Translations under genes and position numbers: made by a program | Assembly (NCBI RefSeq): GCF_055900595.2 | Contig: NZ_CM148325.1 | Direction: 5' to 3' (one strand) | Length of the DNA: 64,000 nucleotides | Notes under the pieces: generated by a model | Told to the model about the DNA's origin: nothing | Seen by the model: the letters and a program-made list of their open reading frames with translations, nothing else | Databases searched by the model: none | Shown: piece by piece, positions 51,228 through 62,611 of the stretch | Position numbering within the stretch: position 1 is the first letter of the stretch | How the letters are laid out: every line of letters begins with the position of its first letter

Positions 51228-51974
51228 TTACTGACGGTGGACATTCAGTCCGGCATAGCTTTGGGTAACCGGCATCATTTCCAGGGTATTGATATTGACG
51301 TGAGCAGGCAGCGTTGACACCCACCAGACGGCTTCGCTGACATCTTCTGGCGTCAATGCAACTGTGTTTTGATAGGTTTTTTCCGCTTTACCGTCATCAC
51401 CTTTAAAGCGGACATTGGAAAACTCGGTGCCACCCACCAGTCCCGGTTCGATGTCTGTGACACGTACTGCCGTACCGTGCAGATCTGTGCGTAGATTAAG
51501 GCTGAACTGACGAACAAACGCTTTCGTCGCACCATAAACGTTACCACCAGCATACGGCCAGCTGCCTGCCGTGGAGCCAATGTTAATGATATGACCATGA
51601 TTACGTTCAACCATACCCGGTAAGACGGCCCGCGTCATATATACCAGGCCTTTGTTGTTGGTATCAATCATCGTTTCCCAGTCTTCAACGCTGGCTTTAT
51701 GCGCAGGCTCCATGCCCAGCGCCAGACCGGCATTGTTTACCAGGATATCAATATTGCACCACTCGGCAGGAAGCGATGCCAGCATCTCTTCAATAGCGGC
51801 GCGATTACGAACGTCCAGTTGGGCGATATACAGATTATCACCCAGTTCGTCTTTTAACTCCTGCAACCGCTCCTGGCGACGGCCAGTGGCGATAACTTTA
51901 TGCCCTTGTTGAATAAAACGACGAGTAATGCATTCACCAAAACCTGCCGTTGCTCCAGTTACTAAAACGATCAT
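51228..51974 (-). CDS. ydfG: NADP-dependent short-chain dehydrogenase (3-hydroxy acid dehydrogenase)
   Basis: MIVLVTGATAGFG Rossmann motif; SDR family. Confidence 0.85.
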   Translation of the reverse strand: MIVLVTGATAGFGECITRRFIQQGHKVIATGRRQERLQELKDELGDNLYIAQLDVRNRAAIEEMLASLPAEWCNIDILVNNAGLALGMEPAHKASVEDWETMIDTNNKGLVYMTRAVLPGMVERNHGHIINIGSTAGSWPYAGGNVYGATKAFVRQFSLNLRTDLHGTAVRVTDIEPGLVGGTEFSNVRFKGDDGKAEKTYQNTVALTPEDVSEAVWWVSTLPAHVNINTLEMMPVTQSYAGLNVHRQ

Positions 51975-52110
51975 CTCACTGTTCCTCAACGCTTTTGTGT
52001 GTCAATAACATAGCACGTGATGCTTAAGAGCGGGTAATACTGGTTTGCAAGATTGCACTCCGTTATCAGTAAGCCTACGCTATGGAACACCTCGCGTTCA
52101 GGAGAAGAAA

Positions 52111-54156
52111 ATGACAACAATGAATCCTTTCCTTGTGCAAAGCACACTGCCGTATCTGGCTCCCCATTTTGATCAAATTGCCAATCATCACTATCGACCG
52201 GCATTTGATGAGGGAATGCAGCAAAAGCGGGCCGAAATTGCCGCCATTGAGCTCAACCCGCAAACACCTGATTTCAACAATACTATTCTGGCACTGGAGC
52301 AGAGTGGGGAACTGCTGACCCGCGTCACCAGCGTTTTTTTTGCGATGACTGCGGCGCATACCAATGATGAATTACAGCGTCTTGATGAGCAGTTTTCCGC
52401 TGAACTGGCAGAACTGGCTAATGATATCTATCTGAACGGTGAATTATTCGCGCGAGTAGATGCTGTCTGGCAGCGCCGTGAATCCGAGGGGCTTGATAGT
52501 GAATCCATTCGCCTGGTGGAGGTTATTCATCAACGTTTTGTCCTTGCCGGAGCCAAACTTGCACAAGCTGATAAAGCAAAATTAAAAGTTCTTAATACAG
52601 AAGCTGCGACCCTGACCAGCCAGTTTAACCAGCGGTTACTTGCGGCAAATAAATCCGGCGGTCTGGTTCTGGACGATATTGCGCAACTGGCTGGGATGAG
52701 CGAGCAGGAGATTGCGCTGGCGGCAGAGGCGGCTCGCGAGAAAGGTCTGGATAACAAATGGCTTATTCCGCTGCTGAATACCACCCAGCAACCGGCGCTT
52801 GCTGAACTGCGCGATCGCGCGACGCGTGAAAAACTATTCACTGCGGGCTGGACTCGGGCAGAAAAAAATGACGCTAACGATACCCGTGCCATTATTCAAC
52901 GGCTGGTGGAGATCCGCGCGCAGCAGGCAAAACTGCTTGGTTTCCCTCATTATGCTGCATGGAAAATCGCCGATCAGATGGCAAAAACGCCTGAAGCAGC
53001 ACTCAACTTTATGCGGGAAATTGTCCCGGCCGCGCGTAAGCGAGCAGACGATGAACTTGCGTCTATTCAGACGGTTATTGAAAAGCAGCAAGGCGGATTT
53101 ATCGCCCAGCCTTGGGACTGGGCATTTTATGCCGAACAGGTACGGCGAGAGAAATTTGATCTTGATGAGGCGCAGCTCAAGCCATATTTTGAATTAAACA
53201 CGGTATTGAATGAAGGTGTATTCTGGACCGCGAATCAGCTCTTCGGTATTAAGTTTGTCGAACGTTTTGATATTCCTGTCTACCATCCTGACGTTCGTGT
53301 GTGGGAAATTTTTGATCATAATGGCGTGGGGCTGGCGTTATTTTACGGTGATTTCTTCGCCCGTGATTCAAAAAGCGGCGGTGCATGGATGGGCAATTTT
53401 GTTGAGCAATCAACGCTGAATGAAACGCATCCGGTAATTTATAACGTCTGCAATTATCAGAAACCCGCTGCCGGTGAACCTGCGTTGTTACTCTGGGATG
53501 ATGTGATAACCTTATTCCATGAATTTGGTCATACGCTGCACGGCCTTTTTGCCCGCCAGCGTTATACCACGCTTTCCGGTACCAACACGCCGCGTGATTT
53601 TGTCGAATTTCCATCGCAAATCAACGAACACTGGGCAACGTATCCGCAGGTATTCGCTCGCTACGCCCGGCATTATCAGAGCGGGGCAGCAATGCCTGAC
53701 GAACTGCAACAGAAAATGCGTAAAGCCAGCCTGTTCAACAAAGGGTATGAGATGAGCGAACTGCTTAGCGCCGCACTTCTCGATATGCGCTGGCATTGCC
53801 TGGAAGAAAACGAAGCAATACAGGATGTCGATGATTTCGAATTGCGGGCGCTGGTGGCGGAAAATATGGATCTTCCTGCTATACCGCCACGCTATCGCAG
53901 CAGTTATTTCGCCCATATTTTTGGTGGCGGATATGCCGCAGGTTATTACGCTTATCTGTGGACGCAAATGTTGGCCGATGATGGTTACCAGTGGTTTGTT
54001 GAGCAGGGCGGATTAACGCGTGAAAATGGGAGGCGTTTTCGCGAGGCGATCCTTTCCAGAGGTAACAGCGAAGATCTGGAACGCCTGTATCGACAATGGC
54101 GCGGTAAGGCTCCTCAGATTATGCCGATGCTGCAACATCGTGGCTTGAACGTATAA
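52111..54156 (+). CDS. dcp: Dipeptidyl carboxypeptidase Dcp (M3 metallopeptidase)
   Basis: MTTMNPFLVQSTLPYLAPHFDQIANHHYRP...; HEFGHTLH zinc motif. Confidence 0.9.
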   Translation: MTTMNPFLVQSTLPYLAPHFDQIANHHYRPAFDEGMQQKRAEIAAIELNPQTPDFNNTILALEQSGELLTRVTSVFFAMTAAHTNDELQRLDEQFSAELAELANDIYLNGELFARVDAVWQRRESEGLDSESIRLVEVIHQRFVLAGAKLAQADKAKLKVLNTEAATLTSQFNQRLLAANKSGGLVLDDIAQLAGMSEQEIALAAEAAREKGLDNKWLIPLLNTTQQPALAELRDRATREKLFTAGWTRAEKNDANDTRAIIQRLVEIRAQQAKLLGFPHYAAWKIADQMAKTPEAALNFMREIVPAARKRADDELASIQTVIEKQQGGFIAQPWDWAFYAEQVRREKFDLDEAQLKPYFELNTVLNEGVFWTANQLFGIKFVERFDIPVYHPDVRVWEIFDHNGVGLALFYGDFFARDSKSGGAWMGNFVEQSTLNETHPVIYNVCNYQKPAAGEPALLLWDDVITLFHEFGHTLHGLFARQRYTTLSGTNTPRDFVEFPSQINEHWATYPQVFARYARHYQSGAAMPDELQQKMRKASLFNKGYEMSELLSAALLDMRWHCLEENEAIQDVDDFELRALVAENMDLPAIPPRYRSSYFAHIFGGGYAAGYYAYLWTQMLADDGYQWFVEQGGLTRENGRRFREAILSRGNSEDLERLYRQWRGKAPQIMPMLQHRGLNV

Positions 54157-54200
54157 ACACAACCAATGGCTGTCCTGGAGATATCGCCAGGCCAGCCTGG

Positions 54201-54719
54201 TTATAGCAGTAATTGCAGCAGCTGGGCGAGGGCAAACCTCACCGCTAAAGCTAATACCGTTTCGCAGTCGCCAGCAAAATGCATAACCGCAGTGTAGTTC
54301 TGGCCTTTAATATGCCACGCGAACCAGACGGTACCCGCTGGCGTACCATCTTCACCGCCCTCCGGTCCGCCGTAGCCGGTAATGGCAATACTGACATCAG
54401 CATCCGCACGCTCTATGGCACCGGTTGCCATTTCTGCTGCCACTTTCTCACTCACCGCAGAATATCGTTCAAGAGATTGCTGGCTTACGCTGAGGATTTT
54501 CATCTTTGCCTGATCGGTGAAAGTAACAAAGCCTGCACCGTAAAATTTGGGTGTATCTTCAGCTGCACACAGGGCGCTAGCCAACTTACCGCCGGTGCAT
54601 GATTCGGCGGTAGTTAAGCGTAATTGATCCGCGATAAGTCTTTGACTCAACGCGGATGTCAGGTTTTCAATAGTGTCGGTATCTGCGAGTTGTACAATTT
54701 TATCTTTATTAATGTTCAC
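54201..54719 (-). CDS. ydeJ: CinA-like C-terminal domain protein
   Basis: 172-aa ORF matching YdeJ. Confidence 0.8.
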   Translation of the reverse strand: MNINKDKIVQLADTDTIENLTSALSQRLIADQLRLTTAESCTGGKLASALCAAEDTPKFYGAGFVTFTDQAKMKILSVSQQSLERYSAVSEKVAAEMATGAIERADADVSIAITGYGGPEGGEDGTPAGTVWFAWHIKGQNYTAVMHFAGDCETVLALAVRFALAQLLQLLL

Positions 54720-54994
54720 TGTTTTTTGTCCACGCTATTATATGTAAAGGTGATTTGCTTTTTCTGTATGCTCGTCCAATATAATAATTTTCAAACATAT
54801 AAATCCGATTATTCTGAAAATATGTTTAAGACTCTTCAATCTTCTTAACTTTAGTGAGTTAAATTCTCTGAATATTTGACAGCTAGTTGGCTGATTTTAA
54901 ATGCCTTATAACAATTGGCAGTATTCTTATTTGGCAATTATAAAAATAGCAACCAGACTTAATAAGTCAAACCAAACGCAATTAAGGAGTTAGT

Positions 54995-55387
54995 ATGAAA
55001 TTTCAGGCCATTGTATTAGCAAGTTTTCTTGTCATGCCTTATGCGTTGGCAGATGACCAGGGCGGTTTAAAACAGGATGCAGCGCCACCACCGCCTCATG
55101 CAATAGAAGATGGCTATCGCGGAACCGATGATGCAAAAAAAATGACCGTTGATTTCGCAAAAACCATGCACGATGGCGCTTCGGTTTCACTACGCGGTAA
55201 TTTGATTTCTCACAAAGGAGAGGACCGTTACGTTTTTCGCGATAAGAGCGGTGAAATTAATGTTGTTATTCCTGCGGCAGTCTTTGATGGACGAGAAGTT
55301 CAGCCGGACCAGATGATCAACATTAGCGGCAGTCTGGATAAGAAAAGCGCGCCGGCCGTCGTTCGGGTCACTCATTTGCAGAAATAA
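54995..55387 (+). CDS. ydeI: Periplasmic OB-fold (BOF) protein YdeI
   Basis: Signal peptide plus YdeI-like sequence. Confidence 0.85.
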
Positions 55388-55641
55388 AAATAAATTAGCC
55401 TGATGGCCTGAACTACTGGGCCATTAGGGTATTGGGTTATGCTATTTGTCATCCTTTTAATTGCGATAATGCAGAGTTAATTTATAGAATTAAACACTTT
55501 TTTATCTGCTGATTTTGTTTTAAATCACAATGTTATCTCAGAGATGGCTCATAACTTCGGATTTCTATGAAAATATTGACGTAATTTTGCTTTTCTCTCG
55601 TTAGAATAGCGCGCACAAGGAACTGTGAAAAAGGAGTGGCA

Positions 55642-56532
55642 ATGATCAAGAAGACAACGGAAATTGATGCCATCTTGTTAAATCTCAATAAGGCTATCGA
55701 TGCCCACTACCAGTGGCTGGTAAGTATGTTTCACAGCGTGGTCGCGAGAGATGCCAGTAAGCCAGAAATAACGGATAACCATTCTTATGGACTGTGCCAG
55801 TTTGGTCGGTGGATTGATCATCTGGGGCCACTCGATAACGATGAATTACCTTACGTTCGGCTAATGGATTCTGCCCATCAACATATGCATAACTGTGGTC
55901 GGGAATTAATGCTGGCTATTGTTGAAAATCACTGGCAGGACGCGCATTTCGACGCCTTTCAGGAAGGGTTGCTTTCTTTTACTGCGGCATTAACCGATTA
56001 CAAAATTTATTTGCTGACGATCCGTAGCAATATGGATGTTTTGACGGGTTTGCCGGGTCGTCGGGTTCTTGATGAATCCTTTGATCATCAGTTACGCAAC
56101 GCTGAACCTCTGAATCTTTATTTAATGTTGTTGGATATTGACCGATTTAAATTGGTTAATGATACCTACGGGCATTTAATCGGCGATGTAGTATTACGCA
56201 CCCTGGCAACTTACTTAGCCAGTTGGACGCGCGATTACGAAACGGTTTATCGCTACGGTGGCGAAGAATTTATCATTATTGTGAAAGCGGCTAATGATGA
56301 AGAAGCATGTCGTGCAGGTGTCAGAATTTGCCAGTTAGTCGATAACCATGCCATCACACATTCTGAAGGGCATATCAACATTACCGTGACTGCTGGTGTG
56401 AGTCGTGCATTTCCTGAAGAGCCTCTGGATGTGGTCATTGGAAAAGCGGACCGGGCAATGTATGAGGGTAAGCAAACCGGAAGAAATCGCTGTATGTTTA
56501 TTGACGAACAAAACGTGATTAACCGAGTTTAA
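55642..56532 (+). CDS. dgcZ: Diguanylate cyclase DgcZ (zinc-sensing domain plus GGDEF)
   Basis: MIKKTTEIDAILLNLNKAIDAHYQWL...; RYGGEEF GGDEF motif. Confidence 0.9.
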   Translation: MIKKTTEIDAILLNLNKAIDAHYQWLVSMFHSVVARDASKPEITDNHSYGLCQFGRWIDHLGPLDNDELPYVRLMDSAHQHMHNCGRELMLAIVENHWQDAHFDAFQEGLLSFTAALTDYKIYLLTIRSNMDVLTGLPGRRVLDESFDHQLRNAEPLNLYLMLLDIDRFKLVNDTYGHLIGDVVLRTLATYLASWTRDYETVYRYGGEEFIIIVKAANDEEACRAGVRICQLVDNHAITHSEGHINITVTAGVSRAFPEEPLDVVIGKADRAMYEGKQTGRNRCMFIDEQNVINRV

Positions 56533-56577
56533 GCTCCGTTTAACATTCATTGAGAAAACTGATGCTACTGTGTCAAC

Positions 56578-56677
56578 GATCCGTTATCAGTGCAGGAAAA
56601 TGCCTGTTAGCGTAAAAGCAAAACACAAATCTATCCATGCAAGCATTCACCGCCGGTTTACTGGCGGTTTTTTTTCG
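56578..56677 (+). ncRNA. mgrR: Candidate MgrR small RNA (boundaries approximate)
   Basis: Intergenic position between dgcZ and mgtS; ends at intrinsic terminator ccgccggtttactggcggtttttttt. Confidence 0.45.
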
Positions 56678-56750
56678 CCGTCATAAAAATCAGGCCCCTT
56701 GTACACAGTTGTAACAAGGGGCCGGTTAGGTGAGGGATTATCTCCGTTCA

Positions 56751-56846
56751 TTAGTCATCCCATTTGTGGCTGAAATACGCGGCCAGAAAACCAGAAAATA
56801 AAATTATTCCCAGTACGGCCATAAAAACATTCATATTACCCAGCAT
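56751..56846 (-). CDS. mgtS: Small membrane protein MgtS (YneM), 31 aa
   Basis: Minus-strand MLGNMNVFMAVLGIILFSGFLAAYFSHKWDD; not in the ORF track because of size. Confidence 0.8.
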   Translation of the reverse strand: MLGNMNVFMAVLGIILFSGFLAAYFSHKWDD

Positions 56847-56972
56847 TATTTGCCTCCGTTTATGGTGTGGTGTGTTTCCTCGCTTACCTTAATTTTCATC
56901 TCAATGAGAAAGATATTAGCAGAGGTAACCTAAACGAAGGCTGAATTAAATTTTTATTGTGTTCGACTTAAA

Positions 56973-58160
56973 TCAACAAAGCGCGGGCTGCCCCCACGGT
57001 CTTGCACGAATCCCTTTTAACATCAGCACCCACGCAGCAATGATCACCAACGCTAAGATGATAAACAGCGAGGAAGGCGGCAGGCTGGTTAGCACTACGC
57101 CACTCACTAATGGGTTAATCGCCGCACCAAGCCAGCCTAAAGACTGAGCGGAAAAATAGCTGGCTTTCATTCCTGCCGGCGCAATATGGTCAATCAACAT
57201 ATACTCGCCCGGCGCATAAATGATTTCACCGACAGTAAATACCGCAGCTGACATACCCCACAATAGCAGGCTGTTGCCGGAAAAAATAAAACCGACCAGC
57301 CCAATGACGAAACAGAGGGTGCCTGCTGTCATCAGCGCGCGGATGTTAGCCGGGTTAAGGCGGCGGCCCACGGAATATTGCAACGTAACCACCATGGCAG
57401 CATTCACCGGAAGAACAACCGCGACCACCTTTTCGGCAAAATCCCCATCAGCAATCACCATCACATATTGTGAAATGCATGAAGCAAATGCGCCGCTAAC
57501 AAAAGAAGCCAGAAAACCAGAGCAGGTAAACCACAACAGTGCTTTATCTTGTAATAAAACTTTCGGCGACCAGACACTGCCTGTTTCCGTGGCGATGATT
57601 TTCTCGCTGCGCTTTACCCAAATTTGAATGAAAAGCATGGGAAACGCGGAACAGATAGCTGCCAGCCAAAAGGGCAGATTGATGCTCTGCATCACCAACA
57701 GCGTGCCGAGCGGCGGACCGATGGTCCAGCCAATGTTGAGCATGGTGTAGTTGATTGAGAAGATTTTCGTTTTGCTGGTGGACGAAAGATTGTCGGCAAA
57801 CCAGGCTTTCAACACGGTAGCAAAAACGGAATAGGCGCAGTTAATAAGGGCAAAAAAGAGCACCACCAGCGTCACGTTATTCACTAAAGGAATGGCAATA
57901 AAACCGCTAGCGAAGGCGGTAATTGCCAGTAACATATAGCGTTTCTTGTCGAACTTATCCGCCAGGATACCAAAACCGAGGCTAAAAACGACGCCAATAG
58001 TGAGCGCAATTGTCATCGCATAACCGATTAGATCGACACTCAGGCTGTACTGGCGACTCAAGTAAATGGTCATAAATGGCAGCGTAGCGCCGCGTCCGAT
58101 GGTTAATAACAACGACGAGGCAAGAAGGGCGCTGGTAGAGCGTCGTAGGGATAAGTTCAT
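56973..58160 (-). CDS. ydeE: MFS transporter YdeE
   Basis: 395 aa, 12-TM MFS. Confidence 0.85.
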   Translation of the reverse strand: MNLSLRRSTSALLASSLLLTIGRGATLPFMTIYLSRQYSLSVDLIGYAMTIALTIGVVFSLGFGILADKFDKKRYMLLAITAFASGFIAIPLVNNVTLVVLFFALINCAYSVFATVLKAWFADNLSSTSKTKIFSINYTMLNIGWTIGPPLGTLLVMQSINLPFWLAAICSAFPMLFIQIWVKRSEKIIATETGSVWSPKVLLQDKALLWFTCSGFLASFVSGAFASCISQYVMVIADGDFAEKVVAVVLPVNAAMVVTLQYSVGRRLNPANIRALMTAGTLCFVIGLVGFIFSGNSLLLWGMSAAVFTVGEIIYAPGEYMLIDHIAPAGMKASYFSAQSLGWLGAAINPLVSGVVLTSLPPSSLFIILALVIIAAWVLMLKGIRARPWGQPALC

Positions 58161-58354
58161 TTGTCTGTCCGGCAGTGCGTTTCGTTATGTTTTGTTTTAG
58201 AGATGTAAAGAAATAGCATGGCAAAAATCCGAAGTATAGCGACTTATTTGCGCATTAATGCCGTCGTAACCGGCGACTAACGAATCAACTGTTAAAGAAA
58301 AGTAAATTCAGCTAAGTTGATTGCTTACAAAAGATGAAATTCAGAGGCGGTAGA

Positions 58355-59254
58355 ATGTCGCGAAAAGATGGGGTGTTGGCGCTACTGGTAGTGGTCGTAT
58401 GGGGGCTAAATTTTGTGGTCATCAAAGTGGGGCTTCATAACATGCCACCGCTGATGCTGGCCGGTTTGCGCTTTATGCTAGTCGCTTTTCCGGCCATCTT
58501 TTTTGTCGCACGACCGAAAGTACCACTGAATTTGCTGCTGGGGTATGGATTAACCATCAGTTTTGCGCAGTTTGCCTTTCTGTTCTGTGCCATAAATTTT
58601 GGTATGCCTGCTGGGCTGGCCTCACTGGTATTACAGGCTCAGGCGTTTTTTACTATTGTGCTCGGTGCGTTTACTTTTGGCGAACGGCTGCACGGTAAGC
58701 AACTGGCGGGGATCGCGTTAGCGATTTTTGGCGTACTGGTGTTAATCGAAGATAGTTTTAACGGTCAGCATGTGGCGATGCTCGGCTTTATGTTGACCCT
58801 GGCGGCAGCATTTAGTTGGGCGTGCGGCAATATCTTCAATAAAAAAATAATGTCACACTCAACGCGTCCGGCAGTGATGTCGCTGGTCATCTGGAGCGCA
58901 TTAATCCCGATCATTCCTTTCTTTGTTGCCTCGCTGATTCTCGATGGTTCCGCAACCATGATTCACAGCCTGGTCACTATCGATATGACCACCATCTTGT
59001 CTCTGATGTATCTGGCGTTTGTGGCGACAATTGTTGGTTATGGGATCTGGGGGACGTTACTGGGACGCTATGAAACCTGGCGGGTTGCACCGTTATCGTT
59101 ACTGGTGCCCGTAGTAGGACTGGCAAGTGCAGCACTATTATTGGATGAACGCTTAACGGGTCTGCAATTCTTTGGTGCGGTGCTCATTATGACCGGGCTA
59201 TATATCAATGTGTTTGGTATGCGGTGGCGTAAAACCGTGAAAGTGAGAGGCTAA
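58355..59254 (+). CDS. eamA: Cysteine/O-acetylserine exporter EamA
   Basis: MSRKDGVLALLVVVVWGLNFVVIKVGL...; EamA/DMT family. Confidence 0.85.
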   Translation: MSRKDGVLALLVVVVWGLNFVVIKVGLHNMPPLMLAGLRFMLVAFPAIFFVARPKVPLNLLLGYGLTISFAQFAFLFCAINFGMPAGLASLVLQAQAFFTIVLGAFTFGERLHGKQLAGIALAIFGVLVLIEDSFNGQHVAMLGFMLTLAAAFSWACGNIFNKKIMSHSTRPAVMSLVIWSALIPIIPFFVASLILDGSATMIHSLVTIDMTTILSLMYLAFVATIVGYGIWGTLLGRYETWRVAPLSLLVPVVGLASAALLLDERLTGLQFFGAVLIMTGLYINVFGMRWRKTVKVRG

Positions 59255-59284
59255 AAGGCCCCGAGATGTCGGGGCCAGAATAAA

Positions 59285-59503
59285 TTACATAGCGTGTTGA
59301 TTATAATAGGGCACGCCGAGCGCATCCGACTTATCACTGCCAGTACCCATGTGATTTAAATCAAACGGTGGTTGTTCCTGCGATGGGGGAACAACCACCA
59401 CATTGCCACAGGAAGTAACAACCGGCTGCGTGGTTTGTTCCGCAAAGCTCTGCGCAGAGAAGAGAATAAGCGCAGTTACCATTGCGGATAAAAGTGGTTT
59501 CAT
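59285..59503 (-). CDS. marB: MarB periplasmic protein
   Basis: 72 aa with signal peptide; downstream of marA. Confidence 0.85.
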   Translation of the reverse strand: MKPLLSAMVTALILFSAQSFAEQTTQPVVTSCGNVVVVPPSQEQPPFDLNHMGTGSDKSDALGVPYYNQHAM

Positions 59504-59534
59504 GATTGCCTCAGTGACGTTGTCACGTTATCAA

Positions 59535-59918
59535 CTAGCTGTTGTAATGATTTAATGGATGTAAAAAGCGCGATTCGCCCTGCATATTGGTCATCCGGTA
59601 TTTATGTGGCGGAACATCAAAGTAATTTTTGAAGGTTCGGGTCAGAGTTTGTTGCGACTCGAAGCCATATCGTTCTGCCAGATAGAGTATCGGCTCGTTA
59701 CTTTCCTTCAGCTTTTGCGCGATTTCCGTCATCTTACGGCTGCGGATGTATTGGCCTAATGAATGACCGGTTTCTTTTTTAAACATCCGTTGCAGGTGCC
59801 ATTTGGAGTAACCCGAACGCTCTGACACTTTCTCCAGTGACAGTGGCGATTCCAGGTTATCCTCGATCCAGTCCAAAATGCTATGAATGGTAATAGCGTC
59901 AGTATTGCGTCTGGACAT
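59535..59918 (-). CDS. marA: Multiple antibiotic resistance activator MarA (AraC family)
   Basis: [52 protein letters not shown]... Confidence 0.9.
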
Positions 59919-59937
59919 CGTCATACCTCTTTTTTGT

Positions 59938-60372
59938 TTACGGCAGGACTTTCTTAAGCAAATGCTCAAGTGTTGCCACTTCGTCCGCCGTCAGGTTTTT
60001 TGTTAATTCTTGATGCAGGTCCTGGCCAACTAATTGATGGCATTGTTCACATATTGCCGCGCCGCTGGTGGTAAGTTTTACCAGTACGCCGCGCTTATCA
60101 TTCGGGTTCGGCAACCTTTCCACCCAGCCTTTACAAACCAGGCGATCCAGCATACGGGTCAGCGCTCCCAGGTCGACCGACAACACTTTTTTCAGTTCAA
60201 CCGGAGTAATACACGACGCGCAGCGGATAGAGCAGAGCACCTTAAACTGTGCCGCGGTAATATCCAGCGGAGACAGATACTCGTTAAGCAGGCGATCTTT
60301 CTTCTGATTAACCATATGGATTAAGCGACCCAATGGAATAATTTCATTGAACAGATCGCTGGTACTTTTCAC
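59938..60372 (-). CDS. marR: Repressor MarR
   Basis: [51 protein letters not shown]... Confidence 0.9.
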
Positions 60373-60377
60373 ATTAG

Positions 60378-60424
60378 TTGCCCTGGCAAGTAATTAGTTG
60401 CAGGGGATAATATTGCCCAGGCAA
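60378..60424. promoter_or_regulatory. marO operator region with two MarR-type palindromes
   Basis: TTGCCCTGGCAA at 60378-60389 and TTGCCCAGGCAA at 60413-60424, directly upstream of marR. Confidence 0.7.
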
Positions 60425-60583
60425 GTATAAGTCAAATGAATGAATTGACCGATGCCACGTTTTGCTAAATCGGTTCAAGTTTTGGTCAATGCGATTCAAG
60501 GCTAGCTAAAGAGTGACACTTTATCGTTGTTTACCCCTTATACTTTTCGCTGATAACCCAGATACACAGGATAACAACCACTA

Positions 60584-61249
60584 ATGTTAGATTTGTTTAA
60601 AGCAATAGGCCTGGGGCTGGTGGTGTTACTGCCGTTAGCTAACCCATTAACAACTGTCGCGTTATTTCTTGGTCTGGCAGGCAACATGAACAGTGCCGAA
60701 CGTAATCGTCAGTCGTTGATGGCCTCGGTGTACGTCTTTGCCATCATGATGGTGGCGTATTACGCCGGGCAACTGGTGATGGATACATTTGGCATTTCGA
60801 TTCCCGGTCTGCGAATTGCAGGCGGCTTAATCGTCGCGTTTATCGGTTTTCGGATGCTCTTTCCGCAACAGAAAGCGATTGATTCACCGGAAGCGAAAAG
60901 CAAGTCGGAAGAGCTGGAAGATGAACCCAGCGCCAATATTGCCTTTGTACCTCTGGCAATGCCTAGTACCGCCGGTCCGGGAACCATTGCGATGATTATT
61001 AGCTCGGCGTCCACTGTGCGTCAGAGTTCAACCTTCGCTGATTGGGTACTGATGGCTGCGCCGCCGCTGATCTTTTTCCTGGTGGCGGTTATTTTGTGGG
61101 GAAGCCTACGCAGCTCTGGCGCAATTATGCGGCTGGTGGGCAAGGGGGGAATTGAAGCGATCTCCCGTCTGATGGGATTCCTGCTGGTATGTATGGGTGT
61201 GCAGTTTATTATTAACGGCATCCTGGAAATCATTAAAACGTATCATTAA
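60584..61249 (+). CDS. marC: MarC-family inner membrane protein
   Basis: 221-aa membrane protein divergent from marRAB. Confidence 0.85.
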   Translation: MLDLFKAIGLGLVVLLPLANPLTTVALFLGLAGNMNSAERNRQSLMASVYVFAIMMVAYYAGQLVMDTFGISIPGLRIAGGLIVAFIGFRMLFPQQKAIDSPEAKSKSEELEDEPSANIAFVPLAMPSTAGPGTIAMIISSASTVRQSSTFADWVLMAAPPLIFFLVAVILWGSLRSSGAIMRLVGKGGIEAISRLMGFLLVCMGVQFIINGILEIIKTYH

Positions 61250-61273
61250 AAAAGGCCCGAATGGGCCTTTCAA

Positions 61274-62464
61274 CTATTGCGTCTGTTCTTCGAGTGTCAC
61301 TGGCCAGCGGCGAAAAATGATGATTGACCATATTAACGCGGCAAAAGCAGGCACCGCGCCCACATAACCAATCATCGACATTGACCAGTGCAGACTGACC
61401 TGATTACCTACCAACGCGCCAGCGCCGATTCCAATATTAAATATTCCCGAGAATAGCGCCATCGCGACGTCGGTGGCATCTGGTGCCAGCGCCAGCACTT
61501 TAACCTGCATACCAAGCCCGATGATCATCATCGCGATCCCCCAGAAAATACTCAGCACCCCGAGGTGTATTTCACTGTTCGCCGCAGGTAGCAGCAGTGC
61601 GAGGCACACCAGCAACAACGCAATCGCCGTACTCACCAACGCAGACGCATACTGATTACCCAGTTTACCGAAAATCACGCTGCCAATAATGCCCGCACCA
61701 CCGAGTAATAACAGTAATGCCGTGGCAAAGTTGGCGCTGAATCCCGCAATGTTTTGCACAAAAGGCTCGATATAGCTGTATGCCGTGTAATGGGCGGTGA
61801 CAACCACCACAGTTAACAAATAAATGCTCATCAATGCCGGGCGGCGGAACAATAGCGGAAGGCTTTTCAACGACCCTGAATGCTCGCTGGGGAGTAAGGG
61901 AAGTAACTTAATCAGGCACAGAAGGGTGATAAATGCCCCGATACCGATCGCGAAGAAGGTCATACGCCAACCGAAATACTGCCCCACAATGCGCCCGAGA
62001 GGTAAACCTAATACCATCGCCAGAGCTGTACCGGTGGCAATTAAACTCAATGCCTGTGCTCGCTTTCCGGCCGGAGCCATACGGATCGCCAGAGACGCCG
62101 TAATCGACCAGAAAATCGCATGTGCAAAAGCTACACCAATGCGACTGATCACCAGAACGGTAAAGCTCCACGACAAAAAAGACAGTACATGGCTGGCAAT
62201 AAACACCACAAACAGGCAGATCAGTAATTTGCGGCGTTCAACCTGGCTTGTCATTAGCATAAAAGGCAATGACATTAGCGCCACTACCCATGCATAAATG
62301 GTTAACATGATACCGACTTGAGCGGTTTGCATATGGAAACTTTGTGCGATGTCAGAAAGCAGGCCAACAGGGACAAATTCGGTAGTATTGAAGATGAAAG
62401 CGGCGACTGCCAGCGTAACGACCCGTAGCCACGCCACTTTGCGGGAAACAGTGTTTGTTGTCAT
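61274..62464 (-). CDS. sotB: MFS sugar efflux transporter (SotB/YdeA)
   Basis: 396-aa MFS protein. Confidence 0.85.
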   Translation of the reverse strand: MTTNTVSRKVAWLRVVTLAVAAFIFNTTEFVPVGLLSDIAQSFHMQTAQVGIMLTIYAWVVALMSLPFMLMTSQVERRKLLICLFVVFIASHVLSFLSWSFTVLVISRIGVAFAHAIFWSITASLAIRMAPAGKRAQALSLIATGTALAMVLGLPLGRIVGQYFGWRMTFFAIGIGAFITLLCLIKLLPLLPSEHSGSLKSLPLLFRRPALMSIYLLTVVVVTAHYTAYSYIEPFVQNIAGFSANFATALLLLLGGAGIIGSVIFGKLGNQYASALVSTAIALLLVCLALLLPAANSEIHLGVLSIFWGIAMMIIGLGMQVKVLALAPDATDVAMALFSGIFNIGIGAGALVGNQVSLHWSMSMIGYVGAVPAFAALIWSIIIFRRWPVTLEEQTQ

Positions 62465-62611
62465 AACAGATTATCGGGTGAGTTGCGAAAAGTAATGAAA
62501 TGATCTTAAAACGGTTAATGATGTGAATACAATGCATTTGTGATCTGGATCGCATTTCCATCTCTCTGACGGTTGTTCTGTCACGCGTCAGAGAGTTGTT
62601 AACATCACATT

